Positions 26,033-38,230 of a stretch of DNA of 64,000 nt are shown here, piece by piece. The DNA is taken from NCBI RefSeq assembly GCF_024521635.1, contig NW_026250415.1, positions 682,001 through 746,000 on the forward strand. Direction: 5' to 3'. How positions within the stretch are numbered: the first letter of the stretch is position 1; each line of letters starts with the position of its first letter. The notes under the pieces are model-generated. The model ran no database searches and was not told the origin of the DNA. It saw only the letters and a list, made by a program, of their open reading frames with translations. A program made the translations under genes and the position numbers. Origin of the DNA: Tricharina praecox. Taxonomy: Eukaryota.

Positions 26033-27589
26033 CTAGTTATGAATACTATCCACTTCTCTGCCATTCCTGTTAGGCAGCGATTCCCGACCAACATATGCAC
26101 CCACCGCCAGCCCGGTCTCACTAGTCGTCCTGTGCATCTCATACCGACCGTACGTCTTTGTATGTGTGTCTAGTACACCAGCGGGCGGCGGCGGCGGCAG
26201 CGGAGGAGGACGATGCATCCACGCGGCCACCCGCAGCCCCACCCCCGGCTCCCCGTCCTTCTTCTTCCTCCTCGAAAATGCCATCCACAACGCGCGCATC
26301 CGGGGACAACTCTTAGCGACGGTATCGAGCCGGCGACCAGTCCGAAGCAGAACTCGACGTTTGCCCAGATGGCGCTCTTGGCCATCAAGTAAGTCCCGTC
26401 GACCTCGTCTTTGGTATACACCAGCGTCGTGAAGCGTATCAGACTCGCTGCGCAGGCCACGGCTCCTAACAAACAAACAAACAATTGTCAATCCCCAAAG
26501 TAAGCGAGTGCGCACCTGCCCACACACACCCACACCCACACCCACACAACGTCGTGATGTACATAGGTAGGTATCTCACCCAGCAAAAACAATCCCATCA
26601 GCGGCAGGCGCTCCCGCAGCGGCACCCGCAGCCTCCACAGCGGCTGCATCGGCAACACCGGTATCACCACGTCCGTCACGAACATCGTCAACCCCTGGAA
26701 GATCATCATGACGAACAGCGTCTATGTCCGCCAGCACGCGGCGCCGTCGACGCCGGGCTCGTAGGTGGCGCGCACCGGCGTGCACTGGAAGGCTATTGCC
26801 AGCTCGCTGCTGACGGTGAATACCGTCAGGAAGATTATCAGTCCCCGGCTGGTGCGCTGGATGTACTCGTCCGGGAAGTAGCGCTTCAGGAAGACTAGCA
26901 GGCTGATCTTGATGAAGAGTGAGATGTAGAGGTAGCTGCAGTGCGCTACGTAGTCGATCTGGGTGGGTGGGTAAGTGACCGTAGGAGCAATGCAAAATTA
27001 AAGGACCTCACCTTGAACAAGACCGCTAAATCTCTCGGGGAGACGTTCCAGAAATGTTTGCCCATGCCATAGTAGGTGATGACGACACTCAATGTACCAA
27101 AGAGGCAGACGAAGGTCTACGTATTGACTTAGGGAGTCAGCCAACCGCTAGTTATCCGCCAGGCTCCAGTAGAGCAGAGCAGAGCAGATTGCTCCCGAGT
27201 TCCCTCTCACCATCGCGACGACCACCATCCAATCATCCAGCCCAAACCACTTCACGACGAACTTCCGCACGTACAGCTAAGCGCACACAACACGCACCAC
27301 AGATAAGCCAGTTGCCGGGCACTGGGTAGCACCGTACATAGCACATAAACGGGCGTCTAGGTACAATACATACTCTTCGCGCACAGATCACGAGGGTGGC
27401 GGCAACCAGCGAGGCGGCGAGCACGCGCGTCAACCCGGCGATGTCGTCCTGCGGCAGGAGCTCCCCGTCCGTACCTCGTCGCCGATGGACATTGTCACCA
27501 CTACCATCCGCTGGCAAGTGCAAGTGGCGAACGAAAGCTCCGATATATATACCGGTATCGGTTCCGGCCCCGGGCAGGTACCGGTACAT
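26033..27589 (-). pseudogene. Rhodopsin-domain (PTH11-like, no CFEM) integral membrane protein pseudogene (copy B)
   Basis: Exons 27589-27374, 27276-27211, 27116-27012, 26958-26580, 26465-26033, colinear with copy C. In-frame TAG at 26722-26724 (copy C has GAG, Glu) and a 1-nt frameshift at ~26300 (ccc gg atg vs ccc ggg atc), after which the C-terminal homology (SETGL..Y.GRE) continues in another frame. Confidence 0.85.
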
Positions 27590-28833
27590 GTTCGGCTCGC
27601 TCAGCGGGCTTAGTGGGCCCCGGTTGACACCGTCGTATACCGGTTGTACTCACACTCGGTATCGACATTTAGGGTCTGCACTGTGCAGTGTCTCTATGTA
27701 AGTATACTCTGGTGGCGACGGTCGGCGGCCAGGCGCGGAATTGAAGCTGGTGATCCTTTGTTAGCGACGACGCTGGCGGGGACTCTGTAAGATCATGAAT
27801 GCGCAGTTCCCTCCCAACAGCATCGGCAATGGCAACGGCGGTCTGTTAAATAGGTAGACAGCAGTGCAGTGGCAGGCCCGCTGAGCAGGCGGGGATTAAC
27901 TACCTAATTCTTGGCCAGCGTGCGGATCAAAAGCAAAACGTCAATCTGGCCGGGGCTGGGAAGCTGGGAACAGGATATGTAGAGTACTCTGCTCTACTCT
28001 ATGTGTACGGTACTGGGCCGATCTGTTATCTGCAGAGTACACCCAGAGTCTCAGACTCGATGTATGGTTGGACTCCGCTGTGGGCGGCTAGGTACCATAT
28101 GTAGTGATTGGTCCCAGACCTCCCCGTGCTGGTTCACCGCAGAGAGCCAGCATACATACTCTACACAGGAACTCTCCAACGAATAGTTACTAGCAATATA
28201 CCTACCAGCCGCCAATGGCAACAATACGAGCACCTGCCAGGCTGCCACCGACGCCAAGCGGCACACGCTCAACGCCGGTCAGAGTGGCAGAAATCGCCCG
28301 TTGCTGTGTGACATACGTCCGAGACACACGGTGTGTACAGTATGTACGTCAACAGACAAAGTTGGCATAGTTACTGCGCATTATGGAGAGCGGAGACGAG
28401 ACACAAAATTCAAGACATGAGTCCGTCCCATCTGGAGTCGGGAGTCTGCAGCCTGCTGCCGGCGGCGGTAAGACCTCTTTCTGAGGCTGTCACGAGCTCG
28501 GACAGTCGGGCTGACCCAAGGCTGCAGCTCCGCTACGGAGATGGAGGCCGGTATCTATCGATGTGGTTTGCTAATTCGCATTATGAATTGGATTCTTTGT
28601 CGGTCCGAGGTGACGGTGGCGAGAATGATATGTCAGTACAGACACGCACGCACACGTGCAGCCCATCAGATATCGATTCTGGTGAGGTATCGTGCCGGAG
28701 CTCCCGAGTACTAGATACGGCCACGATCTCACCTTGGTCTCAGGGACTCGCCGGCTGGTGCATAAATGGTATCTACACAGAACAGTGCATGCTTGCTTCG
28801 ACACCTCGGGAAGCCATGAACCGGTAAAAAATA

Positions 28834-29322
28834 TCATCCTACATCCGCATCCTGTGCCCTACTATCACTATCCACGCCCCTACTATCCGCATCACGACAA
28901 AACGATCCCACCTCCTCCCGCCCAATATACGTATCCGTCAACCCGGTCTCACTCGCCACCATGTCCATCTCGAACGTGTCTACAGCCGCGGCGGCGGTGG
29001 CACGCGGCGGCAGCGGCGGGTGATGCCCACCTCGTGAACACCGCTTCTCTCCCCTCCTCCTCCCCTCTCCGCCGGAGCCCTCCTTCGTCTTCGACAACGC
29101 TCTCCACAACGCACGGATCCCGGGGATGACCCGCAGCGACGGTAGGGACCCCGCCATCAGCCCGAAGCAGAACTCGGTGTTCAGCCACATGGCGCTCTTC
29201 ACCATCGAGTACGTCTGGTCGACCTCGTCCTTGGTGTAGACCAGCGTGGTAAAGCGCACGATGCTCGCCACACACGCTCCGGCACCTAATAACCCCCCAA
29301 AGTCCGTAAGCACCTGCCCACC

Positions 29323-29371
<49 letters not shown>

Positions 29372-30521
29372 AACTAAGGGACGGTGGTTTTCGTGCTGTG
29401 TCTCTCACCCAGCCCAAACAGTGCCATCAGCGGCAAGCGCTCTCGCAGCGGCACCTTGAGGCGCCACAGCGGCCGCATGGGAAGCACCAGTATCACCACG
29501 TCCGTTAGCGACATCGCCACGCCCTGGAAGATCATCATGATGAACAGCGTCTCTTTTGGCCAGCAGGTGGCGCCCTCGACGGGCGCGTAGGCGGCCCGCA
29601 CTGGCGTGCACTGGAAGGTTATCGCCAGCTCGCTGCCCACCGTGAAGACCGTCAGGAGGATGATCAGCCCCTGGCTGATGCGCTGGATGTGTTGGTCCGG
29701 GAAGTAGCGCATCAACGAGATGAGGAGGCTGATCTTGATGAAGAGTGAGACATAGAGGTAGGAACAGTGCGCCACATAGTAGATCTAGAATGGGGGATGA
29801 GTTTGCCGTAAATACTAGTATGTATGGAAGGGGGAGATGGTAGTAGTACTGTACCAAGTATATCTTTGCAAGGTCTTTCTGGGAGACGTTCCAGAAGTGC
29901 TCACCCGCGCCGTAGTGGGTTATGATCACGATCAATGCGGCAAAGAGCATGGTAAAGATCTAGTAGCAGTATGTCCATCGGTGAAGTCAGTCATCTATGA
30001 CTGTTTTTTTCTTTCTTTTTTCTTTCTTTCTTTCTTTCTTTCTCTCCCAATATAGGTTTTGATGATAATGGTGGGGAACTTGGTTCGATCCTACTCACCA
30101 GCGCGACAATCGCCATAATATCGTCCAATTCAAACTGCTTCATGACGAACTTTCGCACGTATAGCTAGTACGAGCAAAACGAAGGTAAATAAGCTACAAA
30201 CCACCGCCACATAATGATTCGGGGGGGAGGGCTGATACTTACTCGGAGGGAACAGATCAAGAAAGTGACCGAAGCCACCGAGATGATGAGCACATGGGTT
30301 AAATCCACGATATCGTCCTGCGGCAGATGGTCCGCGTCCGAGACGCCATCCGGTCTGACTAGCTGCGGCTGCGGTGGCTGCAGATGCTGGTGCTGTGGCT
30401 GGTGCAGCTGCTGGTGTCGACGATAAACGTCATGACCACTGCCATGCGGCGGCTGCGGTAGTAGCAGTTGCAAGTGTCGAGTGAGAGGATCGAGAATGTC
30501 GCTTCTTCCAGGCAAGTACAT
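28834..30521 (-). CDS. Rhodopsin-domain (PTH11-like, no CFEM) multi-pass integral membrane protein (copy C, intact)
   Basis: Exons 30521-30243, 30164-30099, 29959-29855, 29784-29409, 29285-28834. Family motifs: LRLYVRKF..LDD, HYGAGEHFWNV, IKISLL, FQCTPV..C, TDVVILVLPMRPLWRLKV, LFGLGAGACVASIVR, W..EFCFGLMAGSLPSLR. Confidence 0.9.
29331..29369. repeat. (CA)n microsatellite in intron 4 of copy C
   Basis: Direct inspection. Confidence 0.95.
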
Positions 30522-32476
30522 GTTCGGTCCGTTGCCTAGGTAGCTTGGCCCTCGTTTTAGCGCTGTATGTACTTGGTAAGTAGGCGAGTACTCAGTATTG
30601 GCATCCAGGGCCCATCTCCGGAGGGACGGCGGATTGAAGAAGTTGATGAGCAGTTGATTTGACGTTCGTCACCGACGGGGACTCTGCAGCATGGGACGAA
30701 ATTCTTCAGGCAAATTACATTGGCACCGGTCCGTTAAATAGAGTATGCGTAGGAATTGTACTTACTTTTAGCGGACCCGCCGCCGGCCGAATGACGGCGT
30801 CGGCTACCACCCAGAAAAAACAAAAAGCATGGTAATTGGCTAGCGATATTCGCATGGAGGACAGAAAAAGCAATGCAGAGTTAACTCTAAGATCGTCGAG
30901 AGCAGGGGAGGAGGACGAGAGCAGGGCCCGATCGGTTGTCCGTGCGTTCGCATTCCCCCATCAGACGCTGTGGACGCCAGCTGATTTGAACTCGGCACCA
31001 GATTCTTCAGAGAACTCTAAAGCCACCAAATGGTCGCTGGAGCATCCAAGTATTTGGCTACCGATAATAACTTCCGCCGACCGACCGACTGCAATATCCC
31101 TTTGAGCGACATGTTTTTCCCCATGTTCGTCGCGGAAACCCGCCACGCAGTGTGTGTGTGTGTGACTATTGGTAGCGCCCCCATGCACAACCCGTACAGA
31201 GAACGGAGGCAAGACAGATGGCTAAGACATGGAGGTAAGTTATGTAAGTGGTTATCCCCCTTCTGCAGAGCAGCGGTAAGACCGCTTTCTCACGCTGTCA
31301 CGAGCTCAGACCCCTCGTGCTGGGAGGAGGCACATCGATGCGATCACGGAAACGGACCGACCGGTTAGTGACGACAGCGGAAATGGACTTTAAGGATTGA
31401 CGTGAGTATGGCAATCACCTTTGTATCTATATGTACGGTATATGAGTACTTGCATGTAATAACGGTGCGTAAGGAAGATCTAACATAAGTAGAGGTACTT
31501 ACCCAAATATTTTTATGTGATAGGTGTGTACGGACAACGCGAGTGCTCGCATGTTATACGTGCGTGCGTGAGGACTTTCCTCTGTCGTTCTCCTCCAGCG
31601 AGTCTCGGGTCTGCCGTGAGGAATGTTGGCTCATGTCTGCTTTTTCACCAGCCAACTCTCACCGGCTAAGGGTTAACGGCTGTCGCTGAGGGATGAGCAT
31701 TGACCTCGAAGGAGGAAGTGGTTCCGCAGCGAACGAGCGTCAACATACCTTTCATAAATACCGGTGCTATACCGTCTGCGATCCGTGTCTACGGTATGTA
31801 TATGACGAGATACCGGTATAAATGATTTCTGCCATCTCCTCGTCAAGGCTGCACTCTTACATACCCACATGCCGTACGGTATGTATGAACTGGCACTGCG
31901 CCTGGCCATTGGTTCGCCACTGGTTGCCGGTACTCCACGTCGCCGCAGAGTGCACTAGTATCATGTCGGTGTCTCTTCATCGAATACCGGCATCCCCAGC
32001 AACCAATGCCAACTCTTCCGCGGAGATGGGAGAAGTTTCGGATCATTGGCCATTGTCTCATCCTGTGGCGATTGGTGGTGTCTGACGAGTGATCCACTGT
32101 GACATACCTCGGCGGAGGAAGGGTGGTGATGGTGGTGGTTACCGGCGACGAAGAATGGGATGTGTCTGTACCGTCGTTAGCGTGCCAGAGATCACCAGCT
32201 TGTTCAGCCCCAGAGGTGCAGGCGAAAGACTTCCAAGCGAGAACCTAAACTTCGGATCTTGATTCGTTGCACACGACCATCCAAATCGGTACTTCGGCAA
32301 GTGGTGGATAAGTAAGCGGCGATGTATAAAGTACGTCACCGGTTCGTCGGCTTCTCAGAACAAAGAAAGAAGCTGAAGCTCAACTCTCCCTCCTCCTCCC
32401 ATACCAAACGACAATAACTCTAACTAAAACACGAAGAATACCAATAACAAAAAACAAAAAGACAAACACAGCAACA

Positions 32477-33484
32477 ATGAGAGCCAAGAGACAGCCGCGC
32501 AAACGCAGTATCGAAGAAGTCCCAGCCGACTGCGAGTCCTCGGTCGAGATTGTTGGCACCCGTCAAACCGGCCGCCCATCATTCGACGCCACCGACACGG
32601 TCCTTTACACGCCCATGGGGGCGGTCCCACCAAAGGTCCGCAAGACGTCAATCGACAAAGCCAAAGCTAAAACCGTCTCCCACGATACAAAGACATCCGC
32701 AGAGAAACCCAACAAGAACCCCGTGACAGCCGAGAAACGCCCCAAGCGCTTCCGCGCGCAGCCCCCGCGCTCAGTCGCCGAACGCCTCGGCCGCGCAAAG
32801 CACCAGCGGATGTACATTCTCTCTCGCAGCGGGCAGCAGCTGTCCGCGACGACGGGGGAGTGGGAGGGGCCGTCCGAGATGTTCACCATGGCCGGCAGCA
32901 CGGGGAACGTGTACACGATCCACATCGGCGCGGTGCCCAGCTGCGACTGTCCGGATGGGCAGAAGAGCGGGACCTGCAAGCACATCTTGTACGTCATGCA
33001 CCGGGTGCTGAAGGCGCCGGACGAGCTCGTGTACCAGGCGGGACTGCTCCCGGGCGAGCTCGCCGAGATCTTTGCGCATGCGCCGCGCCAACGGACTGAC
33101 ACTAGCAGTCGGAAGCCCGTTGAGGATAACGATTGTCCCATCTGCTTCTGCCCCTTCGCGAAGGGCGAGCAGATCGTCTGGTGCAAGGCCCAGTGCGGCA
33201 CGAATATCCACAAGAGCTGCTTCGACCAGTGGAAGGCGACGAAGGGAAAGGGGAGGGTCACGTGCGTCATGTGTAGGCAGCCGTGGCAGGAGGAGGATGC
33301 CGAGGCCGTCACTGAGGTGCTGAAGGAGGGCGGCGGCAAGGTCGGCGCAGATGGGTATGTCAATGTCGCCGACGAGCTGGGCATGAGCGGCGTCAGGGAC
33401 TATAGCTCGTACAACCCGTGGTTCACCGGAGAGGCGCAGAATTCGTGGGGACACGGAAGGTACTATGACGGATACAATCGTTAG
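32477..33484 (+). CDS. SWIM zinc finger + RING finger domain protein (MEKK1/ZSWIM2-like architecture; putative E3 ligase)
   Basis: Intronless 335-aa ORF; GSTGNVYTIHI..PSCDCPD..CKHILYV (SWIM, CxC..CxH) and CPIC..C..CGTNIHKSCF..W..CVMCRQPW (RING). Confidence 0.92.
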   Translation: MRAKRQPRKRSIEEVPADCESSVEIVGTRQTGRPSFDATDTVLYTPMGAVPPKVRKTSIDKAKAKTVSHDTKTSAEKPNKNPVTAEKRPKRFRAQPPRSVAERLGRAKHQRMYILSRSGQQLSATTGEWEGPSEMFTMAGSTGNVYTIHIGAVPSCDCPDGQKSGTCKHILYVMHRVLKAPDELVYQAGLLPGELAEIFAHAPRQRTDTSSRKPVEDNDCPICFCPFAKGEQIVWCKAQCGTNIHKSCFDQWKATKGKGRVTCVMCRQPWQEEDAEAVTEVLKEGGGKVGADGYVNVADELGMSGVRDYSSYNPWFTGEAQNSWGHGRYYDGYNR

Positions 33485-33536
33485 GCTGGAGAGAAGGGAG
33501 TGTATGATGGCTTGTGGACGTTTTTCGTTCGTTCGT

Positions 33537-33648
33537 TTCCGCGTGGAGGTGGGGGCGTCATTGGTGTGTTTCCGTCGTGGTTCTTCTTTTCTTCTTTTCC
33601 GTGTGGAGGTGGGGCGTCATTGGTGTAATTTTCCGTCGTGATTCTTCT
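33537..33648. repeat. Imperfect ~60-bp tandem duplication in the 3' region of the SWIM-RING gene
   Basis: ttccgcgtggaggtgggggcgtcattggtgtgtttccgtcgtggttcttc repeated as ttccgtgtggaggtggggcgtcattggtgtaattttccgtcgtgattcttc. Confidence 0.85.
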
Positions 33649-33715
33649 TATGTTCTTTTTCCGCATGATACTTCACCGAAATATATGTTGACCGTGCAAG
33701 CAACTATGTAAAGTA

Positions 33716-34348
33716 CTAGGTCAAAAGTTATCGCCAGGGGGCCGTTTTACACCAAAAATGGCCATTTTCACGCGACTAAAACCCACCCTTCGTCTGGCCG
33801 AAAAATATTGCGTCTTTCACAGACGCCGTAAAATCATAAGCCCTCTCATATATATAAACGTTGACCGCTTTTAGTCAACATTGATAGTTTTTAGTGGTAG
33901 TTTGTACATGACTTGAACAGTGATTTCGCATTTTGTATGGGGCTCCCATACAGAAAGTTGCACGACAACCAGCGAAAACCACAAACTTTTCTCCTGGGCC
34001 GCATTGCTCAACCACAACTGCCTATATTTGCGAGCCAGTTTCTTATAAGATCACCTACGCTGTTAGCAACGATTTCCAATTGCCCAATATTTTTTAGAGT
34101 GTGTTTGAGATGCAGAATCTGTGGTTGAAAATGGATAGTCTTGAAACGATGGGACTTGGAATAACGTCACAACTTCACATAAAATATTGATTTATTTTGG
34201 CTGGAAATTTTGTCGAAGCTGGAAATGTATCTAATCATCCTGTATGCAAATTTGTATTACTTTCTATTCTGTGGTTGTGATGTTCGAGAGGTCTACATGT
34301 GTGGTGTGGTGGTCTCGTAAGGGCGAGTGGCGATAACTTTTGATCTGG
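33716..34348. mobile_element. MITE / non-autonomous Tc1-mariner-like element (~630 bp)
   Basis: Left TIR CTAGGTCAAAAGTTATCGCCA (33716-33736); right TIR TGGCGATAACTTTTGATCTGG (34328-34348), 19/21 identical as inverted repeat; TA immediately outside both ends; AT-richer interior without a recognisable ORF. Confidence 0.8.
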
Positions 34349-35535
34349 TACTTTAGCTTGTTCGTTGGCTGCTTTGGCCAATTTATCTGGATGTTCTGTT
34401 TCTATTATGCGGAGTAAGTTGCTTCCTATAGCGTGTGAACCCATAAAACTCCAGTCCTCGGACAATACTCACCCCAACTTGACGTTTCAAACCGCGCAAC
34501 AATCGACAGAAACCATAAATATCACTCGCTACAGAGGGTTTTGTGTCTCCTCTCAAGAGCTTCCATCCCTCGGCTCGCCATAGGTAGTCCAGTAAGGCCA
34601 TAACGCGAAATAGATATCCTTACGAGGACGATGGTTGATCGGTGGCAGATGTCAATGAGAAAGCTACAGTGCAAGTAGTTGTCCCATTCGGTCTCCGCCG
34701 TGGAGTTTACTCGGGAGTGTCCATCTAGGGCGAGTTCGAGCTTCAACCTGTGTATAAACTATAGCGAGCTCGGCTTTCCAACCATCGGCCCGCAATACAT
34801 CCCCGAAGCTCTTCCGTATATCCATAGCAAATCTTGAACTTCCGCAGCGAGTTGATATCTCATACAGCCGACTCGCCAATCTTCACGAGGTCCATCACGT
34901 GCGCATGACGTCCTCGGCAGGGATTTTCGGAGCCGAGTCTCCAACCGCACGCGCGCAGTTCATACCGTAGTTACCAACCAACTAGTACCGTACTTTACTC
35001 GTACAGTTTATCTACTCGATAGAGTACTGGGTGTAAAGGTAAGTGCTGCCTCACCAGCTTTTCCCCCATACAGCTTAGCGTTTTCTCCCATACAACATAG
35101 TCACAACCACTCACTCATTTTATTGTATCCGGCTTAGTGCACTCCCAATATAGACTAGTGCTTATTTGCGCTTATAATTCGTAATGGTGGTGAGGCACCA
35201 CTTATTGGCAGCTCCTGGTACATGGTACATAGAGGTTCGCCAGCCCGTCGGACAACACTCTCAAGCAAGGTTTTCCGCCCGCGTTGCGCTAGACACTGTG
35301 GACGATCTCTGCCGGCTACCTGGCTACCTGCACAAATAAAAAGGCAGTGGGTTCCGACTCCCGAGAACCCACAGTTCCGAACACACAATTCTCCGATTCA
35401 TAATTCGTTGTCGCTATTAAGGCGACGAATACTCCGACCGACTGACTGATCTGGCCTGTGCGAATCTTTCACCGACACTAACTTTAACCCACGGCAACTA
35501 CACACACACGTCACCAGTAACCGCGATCAGATCCG

Positions 35536-37881
35536 ATGGGAGCCCTGCGGAAAGCAAAGGTCGCGCTGTGGGGCGAGATACCGGCGACGAAAGCGGAGAA
35601 GAAACTGCTTCTAAAGATCGATTGGTTCATATTGTCGTTTTGCTGTCTTGCGTGAGCGCCCATTCCCGTGCCCTCAAGGAGTAGGTGGAATTAGATTCTG
35701 ACATAGGTATGCCGAGATCAGGTACTTTTGCAATTACCTGGACCGGAGTAATATCAATAATGCCTATGTTTCTGGTATGTAAGTCTGGCGAGGTGGTGGT
35801 GGTGCTGGTGGTGCTGGTGGTGCTGGTGGTGCTGGTGGTGGCGGCGGCGGCGGTTAACGAGCCCGCAGGAATGAAGGAGGACCTGAATATGTCGGGAAAC
35901 CAGATTACAAAGATCTCGGCGATATTTACCTGCGGGTATCACCTCGCGTGTCTTGTTTTGGCCGAAAGTGATGCTGATAGCGACATACATAGTTACATCG
36001 CTGGAATGGTGGGATAAGTCTTCAGGATCCGAATTCCGGCCACTGACATGGGCCTCAAGATACCAAACAACATAGCACTGCTCAAGTTCCCCCCTCGGTA
36101 TGTAGGCATAGTACACATCCTTCGACACAGCTCGATGTACATAATGACTGACCATGCCAGAATCTGGTTTCCCTTTACGATCCTCGCATGGGGACTTTGT
36201 AAGCTCTGTCCAAGTGCTTGATGGGTTTCTCGTGATCGCCGCTTACACACTGAGCCGCAGTGACGCTCGGAACCTTCAATGTCTCATCGGTGGAGCAGAT
36301 CTACGTGATCCGGTTCTTCCAGGGATTTTTCGAAGCCAGCAGTTTCGTGGGGACACATTATATTCTCGGATCGTGGTATACCGAGTCTGGTAGGCCATCT
36401 TGAATCTTGATATGTACTCCCGGCGTGCTGTTCGTGTCCTGATAGACAACGGCAGAACTGGCAAAGCGCAGCGGGATATTCACCGCCTCGGGACTGGCTG
36501 GAACACTCTTCTCGGGGATCCTGCAGTCGTCGATTCACAAAAGTATGGATGGACTGAGAGGGATTGCCGGGTGGAGGTGGCTGTTTATCGTATGTATCAT
36601 CCATACCTGCTCCGGGCGAGAGAGACGGTGGATATGTTGCTAAGTTCAGGATTGGGCGGTTCAAGATTGATTTCCTGATTACACTTCCGGTGGCGGTTTA
36701 TGGATTCATTTGCTTTCCGGATACACCGGAGACTACGAAGGTAGGTGACATTTCTACCTCCCGCCGCCACACTGGGGGGGAAGGGAAACTGATCCGAGCA
36801 ACAGGCATTCTACCTCACCGCCGCGGAAAAGAAGCTGGCAGTAGAGCGTCTGCCCAAGAAGGCGGAGACGAGTCTCACATGGGACATCTTCAAGCGTGTT
36901 CTTGGCCGATGGTTGTGGCCACCAATCCCATACTTCTCTCGCCCCTGACTGACAAATGCATCAGGCACTTCTGGATGTTCTCCGTGCTCTGGGCGATATC
37001 CGGCGAGGTAGAGTCGTTCTCGACAAATAACCTGTTCGGCCTCTACCTGGCCGATATGGGACGGTCTGTGGCGGTACGGAATAACTATCCTATGGGTGTT
37101 TCGGCCGTGGGGATCGTTACTACGTTGATTGCGGTGTGTATACGTCGGGATTTGGAAAGCGGATAACTAGGTGCTGATGGTAACGGTAGGCTCTGTATGT
37201 CGATCTGACGAAGAAACACTGGTACATCTCCCCATCCTGGCAGTAGCAATGATGGAGAGCTCATCCGCCGTTTCCACGCAGGCACATTGGCGTCTGGTCC
37301 GCCTTCATCGGAATCCTAAGCTCGTCTCTAGTCCTCGCCTACCGTCCGGAGCCCTTGGTTAGTACTCGGCCCTTCCGTGTCTCTTTCCAATTCTAGCCAA
37401 CATCGAAATAGGTTTTCGTCGGCTACTACATCGCCGGCGGCATTTACGCCGTGCAAGCCGCCTTCTTCGCCTGGGCCAATGTGATCTGCCACAACGACAA
37501 CGAGGAGCGCGCTATCGTCCTGGCATCAATGAATCTCTTGAGGCACTCACCCCCTCACCCCATTTACCCTCTCCACCCAGACTAACTCCGCCCCTCGCGT
37601 ACAGCAACGCCGTAAACGCCTGGTGGGCTATTGGTACGTACATACTCTCCCTCGCCCACGTCGTGTGTGCGTGTGTGTACGTGTGGGACAAGCCATGGCT
37701 GAAACAAACAACAGTATTCTACTCCGCCAACTTCGCGCCGCGATTTGAGCGTGGTATGTGGGCCATGATCGGCACGTCCATCGCGCTGGTGGCATGGACT
37801 GTGGCGATCCGATGGTTCCAAAGGAGAGATGCGGGGAGGGAGATGGACAAGCAGCGGGCGTGCGAGGTGGCGGAGGAGTGA
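35536..37881 (+). CDS. MFS transporter, allantoate permease / anion:cation symporter family (Fen2/Liz1 pantothenate transporter-like)
   Basis: 16 exons assembled by hand give [128 protein letters not shown], which are family-typical motifs. Confidence 0.9.
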
Positions 37882-38129
37882 TGTGGTAAGATGGGATGGG
37901 ATGTATGCTGTAATATATGGGACGTGTAGTCGAGATGCTGGTGGGTAAGTAAATATGGTACTACAAGTATAGAAAGACGGGGTAAAATAGGTATGCTGTA
38001 ACTACTGAAGTCTGAAACCTCGCTAGGATATGTTCTAGCCTGCTGGGCAAATTGGACTTTTTATAAATAGGCCGGCCCCTGGGTCAAGAGACGGGTTATG
38101 CGCGCAAACCGGACTACCAGCGAGAAAAT

Positions 38130-38230
38130 CTCCTGGGCAGACCAGACCGGTCTGTGGAGATACTTATTTCCTGATACAGATAGACCGGCCTACTGGCCGA
38201 TTTTGGTCACTGAATCGGTCCACTACACTG
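38130..38230. mobile_element. Possible solo hAT-like transposon end
   Basis: Reverse complement starts CAGTGTAGTGGACCGATTCAG.. with internal AGACCGG/ACCGG motifs; no partner end found. Confidence 0.3.

Noticed and set aside
26722-26724. In-frame TAG as evidence of stop-codon recoding or an alternative genetic code
   Set aside because: Several intact genes here end in TAG and the same copy has an independent frameshift, so pseudogenisation is simpler.
32605-33454. Long antisense ORFs over the SWIM-RING gene (similar ones over UPF2, RhoGAP, GNPDA-like and glycine-zipper genes)
   Set aside because: Shadows of GC-rich coding sequence without recognisable domains.
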